This document shows, one piece after another, positions 58,401 to 64,000 of a stretch of DNA of 64,000 bases (positions are counted from its first letter, which is position 1; each line of letters opens with the position of its first letter). Both the position numbers and the translations under genes were made by a program. The DNA lies in assembly GCA_004431415.1 (NCBI GenBank), contig QPMI01000283.1, forward strand, positions 1-64,000. Direction: 5' to 3'. Under the pieces are notes generated by a model. That model was given only the letters and a program-made list of their open reading frames with translations, did no database searches and was not told the DNA's origin. Origin of the DNA: Cyanophora paradoxa CCMP329. Taxonomy: Eukaryota; Plantae; Glaucophyta.

Positions 58401-59480
58401 CCGGGCGGGCGGGCGCACCGGACTCAGTGGCGACGATGTTGGCCGCGTTGATGGCGTCGGCGGCCTTCGCCGCAGACTCCACCTCGCCGAGCTTATCGTT
58501 GAGCGCAGCCGAGGCGTCGCTGACGCCCTTCTGCCACTCCGACGTCACCTCCCCGCGCAGCACGGTGTCCTTCTCGGTGGCGAAGCCCTTGGAGCGGTCC
58601 TCGGCGTCGGCGATGTCCTTGACGGTGGCGGTCCGGAGCGCTCCAATCTGCTCGTCGGTGTACTTGTTCGCCTCGCCCTTGGCGACGCCGATCTCGCCCG
58701 TCACCGCCGTGTGCAGCTTGTCCGACACCGCGTCCGCGTGGCCCTTGGCGCTCGCCTCCGCCGCGTTCGCCGCCGCCTGGGCCGCTGCGCCCCCGCGGTC
58801 GGCCCCCGCGCCGGACCCCAGCGCGGGGCGGGTCGCTCGCACCGGCCTTGGCGCCCTCGATGTCGCCGCGCAGGGCCGACGCGGTGGTGTCCGTGTAGGA
58901 CTGCGCCGTCTCGCGGGCATTTTGAACATCGGCCTTCAGATCTTACGCGGAGTCGGCGGGGCACGGCACAGCGGAGGAAGCAAACGTGGATGCCGCACCG
59001 GCGCGGGCCTGCTCGATGTCGCCGGCGTTCTTTGCGATGCCAGCCTTCGCGCCAGTGTCGACGTTGTTGATGTAAGTATTGAGCTCTGCCGCCCCGCACG
59101 TCAGCGTGCGTCATGTGCAAGCGTAGGCGCGAAATCGCAACCTTGCTTGGTGTTGTTGATGGTGGTGTCAACCTTGCGGTCGAGCCCGGCGATGGCATCG
59201 TCTGTGTACTTGTTCGCGTGCTTTTCGGCGGCTGCGACCCGCGTTTAGTTGCAAGCTGTGCACCGCGAAAGCTGAAAAGGGCACGAACAATCGATCTCAG
59301 AGCCGGTAAGGTTGAACAGGTCCGCGAGCTTGGCCGCCGCAGCAGAGCCGGCAGCACCGACGTCGGCCTGATGAGCCTCGTGCTCGACGGCCGGCGCAGC
59401 TGCCGTCGTAGGCGTCGCCGACGTCGCGGTCACGGTGTTATCGAACCCCCACGAAGTTGCGTCGCGGTTGACGGTCTTAG
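55466..59480 (-). CDS. Ala-rich repetitive coiled-coil protein with A-x-x-YTD motifs (trimeric adhesin/fibre stalk-like); 5' exon(s) unresolved
   Basis: Exons encode HANKYTDDAIAGLDRKVD, AQSYTDTT, EANKYTDEQIGAL, ATAYTDTT, SKAYSDGV, AMKYTDEEIDKL and MKTYTDSQVAEVLARLTALE. A Thr/Ala/Ser linker and acidic tail end at DELDLAFL*. Confidence 0.75.
56872..58899. repeat. Near-identical 578-bp intragenic duplications including introns
   Basis: The unit starting TCGGTGGCGAAGCCCTTGGAGCGG occurs at 56872, 57450 (short partial), 57996 and 58574 (partial, to 58899). The offsets of 578 and 1124 bp also hold at a second landmark (57181/58305/58883). Confidence 0.92.
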
Positions 59481-59993
59481 CTGCGCGGCAAATCACTCAG
59501 CCCGAGCGCCTGGGGCGCATAACTGATAGGCAAAGGCGGGTTATTGCATTCGATGGCATTTCTTAGAGGCCGTTCGCCGAAGGCAACCCGGCAGGCCAGT
59601 TCCAGGCTACCAACGGAACGCCCACCAGACGAGCAACTGGAGGCCTGGGGCGGGGCGAAACACGCATATTGCGATCGTAGAGGACTTACACATGGTTTAT
59701 TTTCTGCTGGGTCGGCTTCGGAGCAGTACGACACCGCCGGTCGTCGAACACACGCCTGGTCAGACAGGGGGCAGAATAGAGAAGCGAGACGGTAAGAAGG
59801 CGTCGGTAAGTCTCGAAGGACGGCAGCGAATTCACACCTTGACGGAGCGGCCACAACCTATTCACGTACCCCAGCCCAACGTTGCACGGGCTGGCTGCTC
59901 AAAGAGCGAGGCTGCAGAGCGAGCGCTATCGCATACTAGCAGCGTTCGTAGCTAGAGCGCACGCCGCCTCCTGGCCGCGCCCGCAGCTAGCGG

Positions 59994-62900
59994 ATGTCGA
60001 GGGCACTCGTCCCGGCCGCGCCGGGCTCGCTTGGCAGCCCAAGCCACTCCTTTGACGACTATGAACAAGATGACTTCGCCAGCCGGCGCTACGAGCATGA
60101 TGAGTCCTCCAACTTCAAGGTCCGTTCGTCGCTTCGAAACCGCGCTGCCACATGCCGCCGCGGGTGCGTGCGGCACGGGGATGGGCGGCAGCTAACCACT
60201 TGTTCTGCATGCAGGTCGTCATCAGAGTTCGGCCGCCTCTCCCGCGCGAGTTGGAGGCCGAGAAGCACTTTATGAACGTGATCCGAGCGCGCGGCGCCCG
60301 TGAGATTAACATATCTGAGAACTACGGCAATGGATCTGACGAAGACTATGGCAACCCCTATGCGTCGTACACCTTCACCTTCGACCGAGTGTTTGATCAG
60401 GAGGCGGATCAGAAGTTCGTGTACGACAACGCGGCGCGAGCGGCGGTGTTGTCCACGCTCGAGGTGCACTTGTCGGAGTGCTGTTCCTGCCCTACGCCCA
60501 CTGAGCCCCTCGCCAGGGCTACAATGCGAGTATCATCGCTTACGGACAGACGGGGACGGGGAAGACCTACACCATGGAAGGTGACCCCACGCACCGGGGA
60601 CGTCTGGATGAAGCACGAGGCATCATTCCGCGTGCTATCGAGGAGATTTTCCGCCGTGAGCCCCGCCCTCCCCTCTGCTCTATTTGCCCCGGACCTCCCC
60701 CCGCGCTATCCCCCTGCGGCATCGGAATTCTCGACTAGACTGAATGTACCGGCAGACATTCAGGGGTGCACAAATCCGCGGATGAAGTTCCTGGTCCGCG
60801 CCTCTTATCTGCAGATCTATAACGAGGTCCGCTTCCTTCCCCTTCCTTTTCCGTGGGGCGCACAGCGCCGTGCAGGTGATCAGCGACCTGCTCAAGCCCG
60901 ACCGGACGAACCTTGTCATCCGCGAGGACAGGAAGAAAGGCGTCTTCGTAGAGGTGAGGCGCCCCGCCGCCCTGCTTGCCCGCACACCGAGCGTTGCTCA
61001 CCCGCCCTGCCTCAGGGCCTCTCCGAGTGGGTCGTGCGCACTCCCGGGGAGATCTACGGTCTGATGGAGCGGGGGGCGCTCATGCGAGCGACCGCGTCGA
61101 CCAAGGTAGGGGGGCGGCGGGGTCCGGGGGCGGGGGGCGGGGCGGCTCACGGGCCGGCGGCAGATGAACGAGATGTCTAGCCGGAGCCATGCGGTGTTCA
61201 TTATCATCGCAGAGCAGAGCGAGATGACGCTCGACCAGGAGGAGGAGGCGCAGGCAGCCGCCAACGGCACGCCCCGCCCCCGCCGCGCCGCCCTCCGCCC
61301 CGCGCTCACGGCTGCCGGGCAGGCTCGCGGGAGCCGCACTTCAAGCAGGTCTTCCGGGTGGGGAAGCTGAACCTGGTGGACCTGGCGGGGTCGGAGCGAG
61401 TGCGGCTCACGGGGGCGACGGGGCGGCGCCTCGAGGAGAGCAAGAAGATCAACCAGTCGCTCTCCGCGCTGGGGAACGTCATCGCGGCGCTGACGGACCC
61501 CAAGGGGCGCTCGCACATCCCCTACCGCGACTCCAAGCTCACGCGCATCCTTGAGGACAGCCTAGGGGGGAACTGCAAGACGACGATGATGGCGATGGTC
61601 AGCCCCGCGATGGAGGCCTTCGTCGAGTCCCTCTCGACCCTCAAGTTCGCGAACCGCGCCAAGAACATCAAGAACGAGGCGCGCATCAACGAGGACCTCG
61701 ACCAGAAGGCCCTCCTGCGCAAGTACGAGCGGGAGCTCAAGCGCCTGCGGACGGAGCTGCAGACGCGGAGCCAGTCCGTCGTCGACAAGCGCCGCCTCCT
61801 CGAGCTCGAGGAGCAGCGGCGCAAGGCCGAGCAGGACAAGGCCCGCCGCCCCAGCCCCGCCGGCCCCGCGCGGCGCTGAGGGGCGCGCAGCTGGCGGCGA
61901 TCACGGCGCTGGAGACGCGGTCGCGGGAGTACATCCGCGAGAAGGAGGAGAAGCGCCGCCTCGAGGAGAAGATCAAGCAGCTGCAGGGCCAGGCGCGCCT
62001 CGCCCCGCCCCTGGCCCCGCCCCTGCGACCCGCGCCCCCTGACGGGGATGGGGCGGCGCGCAGATGATCGGCCCCGGGGGCCCGTCGGCGGTCGAGGAGA
62101 CGCCGCAGTTCCGGAGCGCGCTGATGCAGGAGCACGTGCGGATCTACAGCGAGTACGAGATGAAGGTGGCGGAGCTGGAGCGGGAGCGGCAGTCGATCGA
62201 GGAGGACAAGGCGCAGGTGGACCGCTACAAGCAGCTGCTGCTGAAGCAGCGGGACATCATGATCGCGCTGACGGCGCGGCTGAACGAGCGGGACGAGTCG
62301 ATCCTGGCGCTCCAGGAGGAGCTCGAGGCGTACGACCGGCACCAGCGCATGATCGAGGAGGCCCTCGATCAGAAGACGGCCGCCTTCCTCCAGCTCCAGC
62401 GCCTCACCGCCGAGAGCGGGGCCGACGGGGCCGCCGCCGCCGCCGCCCTCCTCGCCTCCGCCGGCGACGGCTTCCTCCCTCGCGCCCTCTCCGAGCGGCG
62501 GTACGCGCCGTACGAGGACCCCGTGCTCTTCAGCAGCGCCAGCGGCTCCGCGGTGCCCATCGGGGGCCCCGACGGCGAGGGCGACGGGCGCCCCGGGGGC
62601 AAGCTGCTGACGGCGGAGGAGAAGATCGGGGAGCTGACGGGCCTGCTGGAGCAGCGCAAGGCGGAGATGCAGGCGGTGCAGGGCGAGCTCGAGGAGGTGC
62701 AGGCCGAGAAGGTCTCGCTCGAGTACCTCCTGCGCGAGCGCCTCGAGAAGATGGTGCAGAGCGAGATCGAGGAGCGCCTCAGCGTCTACCGCAAGGAGGT
62801 CGACGAGTGGAAGGCGCAGCACTGGGCGGCGGAGGAGGCGCGCCGCACCTCGGAGTACATGCTGGAGCTCTCGAAGCTGCGGCAGGACTCGCCCGAGTTC

Positions 62901-63710
62901 CACACGCGCCTGGCGGCGATCCTGCAGCGGGAGACGGCGGCGGTGCAGCGGCCGTACACGGAGGCCATCGCCCGCCTCAAGGCCGAGGTCGCCAAGCTCA
63001 AGGAGGAGCGCCAGCAGGCCCAGGCCCAGGGCCCCGCCCCCGGGCCCTCGGGCGCCGCCGCCGCCGAGGCGGCGATGAAGGTCCGCCAGCTGGAGGCGCG
63101 CCTCGAGTCGCAGAAGGGGGCGGCGGCGCAGTTCCGGGAGGAGATGACGGGGCGCATGGAGGAGCGCACGCGGCAGCTGCGGCGGCTCGAGGAGGAGAAC
63201 CAGCGCCTGCGCGTGCAGCTCGCCCAGCCGCCGGGGGAGCGGGGCGGCGGCGGGGGCGGGGCGGGCGGGGACGGGGAGGCGGCGGCGCTGCGGGGCCAGT
63301 GCGCGGCGTTCGCGAAGGAGCGCTCGGCGCTAAAGACGATCCTCGAGAACAAGATGAAGGTCCTCGTCGACAGCATCCTCGCCAGCCTCGCCCCGGCCGG
63401 CAGCGCGCACGGCGGCGCGGCCGGCGGCGTCGAGCGGGCGGCGCGCGACGCGAGCCTCCTCCAGAAGCTCGTCAACGCCTCCATCGCCGCCATCCGCTCC
63501 TCCCCCGCCGACGGGCCGGCAGCCCCCGCCCCGGGGCCCGGCCCCGCCAACGGCGCCGGCGGGGGGCCGCACGGGGCGTCGCAGCACTCGCCGGGCGGGG
63601 AGGAGGCGCAGGAGAAGCGGCGGCAGCAGGTCGAGGCGCTCATCCGCCAGCGGCGCGCCGAGCTTCACTCGCACCTCGCCTCCGCCTCCCCCGCCTCCGG
63701 CAGGAGATGA
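59994..63710 (+). CDS. N-terminal-motor kinesin with long coiled-coil tail
   Basis: Motifs are VVIRVRP, FTFDRVF, P-loop [21 protein letters not shown], switch I NEMSSRSH, switch [10 protein letters not shown] and [20 protein letters not shown]. The coiled-coil exon spans 62064-63710. Confidence 0.96.
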
Positions 63711-64000
63711 CCGCCCGCCGCCCCCGCCCCAGCACCCTCCCTTCTCTCCCCCCGCGCGCTCCCTGTGGAAACATCTCCCGCCCCTCCCGAACCCAAACCT
63801 CCGCCCTGCTCTCTGGCGTATTTACCCTCCTCTTCTCTCCCCCGAATTCTGTCTGGTATTTAGTTCCGATTCCGTCGCCCACGCGTATTTAGTCCGGTCA
63901 TGTATACGTATTGCATTCTTTAATCGTTGCAAGAGCAGTGCGGGGGCCGGCGCGGGGCGGCGGCTACGGATCTTCCTGCGAGCCGTTCTCGACGATGAGG

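Noticed and set aside
56872-58899. Repeat array considered as CRISPR or transposon LTRs
   Set aside because: The units are 578 bp, protein-coding, contain spliceosomal introns and lack unique spacers. No cas, transposase or reverse transcriptase motifs are nearby.
1-64000. Hundreds of long overlapping ORFs (e.g. 32210-35857, 38008-41046, 49453-52473) suggesting overlapping or antisense genes
   Set aside because: Stop codons are rare at this GC content. The translations are Arg/Pro/Gly/Ala low-complexity shadows or intron read-through, and the real exons switch frame at splice sites.
1-64000. tRNA, rRNA, snRNA or telomeric repeats
   Set aside because: No cloverleaf, rRNA-like or recognisable snRNA sequence was seen by eye. 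An Infernal/tRNAscan run is needed to exclude small RNAs in intergenic gaps.
1-64000. Stop-codon reassignment or selenocysteine to explain TGA codons interrupting conserved proteins
   Set aside because: In the genes parsed, the interrupting TGAs lie in intron branch motifs (CTGAC/CTGAG) and vanish on splicing. TAA, TAG and TGA all serve as normal stops.

Overview
This is eukaryotic nuclear DNA, not prokaryotic. It is extremely GC-rich and gene-dense, with about 18 intron-containing genes. Most long ORFs in the supplied track are GC-driven shadow frames or read through introns, so genes were reconstructed by hand from exon motifs and splice signals. A plastid transit peptide starting MSAAFAV (Phe near the N-terminus), together with many short GC-rich introns, suggests a glaucophyte such as Cyanophora (inference). 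Genes in order: HHE/hemerythrin protein (+), full-length SMCHD1/GMI1-like GHKL-ATPase-SMC-hinge protein (-), FkbM methyltransferase (+), cupin (-), SERRATE/ARS2 (+), giant CUB-EGF-beta-helix multi-TM surface protein (-), ICL/PEP-mutase-family lyase (+), CEP104-N-like/IQ protein (-), class I methyltransferase (+), TMEM209 (+), plastid ABCI10-like ATPase (-), LARP6-like (+), FEN1 (-), SEA-TM-RING protein (-), uncharacterised ATP-grasp-like protein (+), beta-helix-BTB protein (+), YTD-repeat coiled-coil protein with recent internal duplications (-), and a kinesin (+). The most unusual signal is the splicing architecture. About half of the introns in the two genes fully parsed (FEN1 and the lyase) use weak GC donors (GCCCGC/GCGCGC). 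Interior introns lack polypyrimidine tracts and sit in a C-rich-donor/G-rich-acceptor skew wave that also flips synonymous codon choice within exons. There is also a probable AT-AC intron with U2-like flanks in SERRATE. Scattered single-base frameshifts in G/C homopolymers look like assembly errors. Gene coordinates are whole-gene spans including introns.
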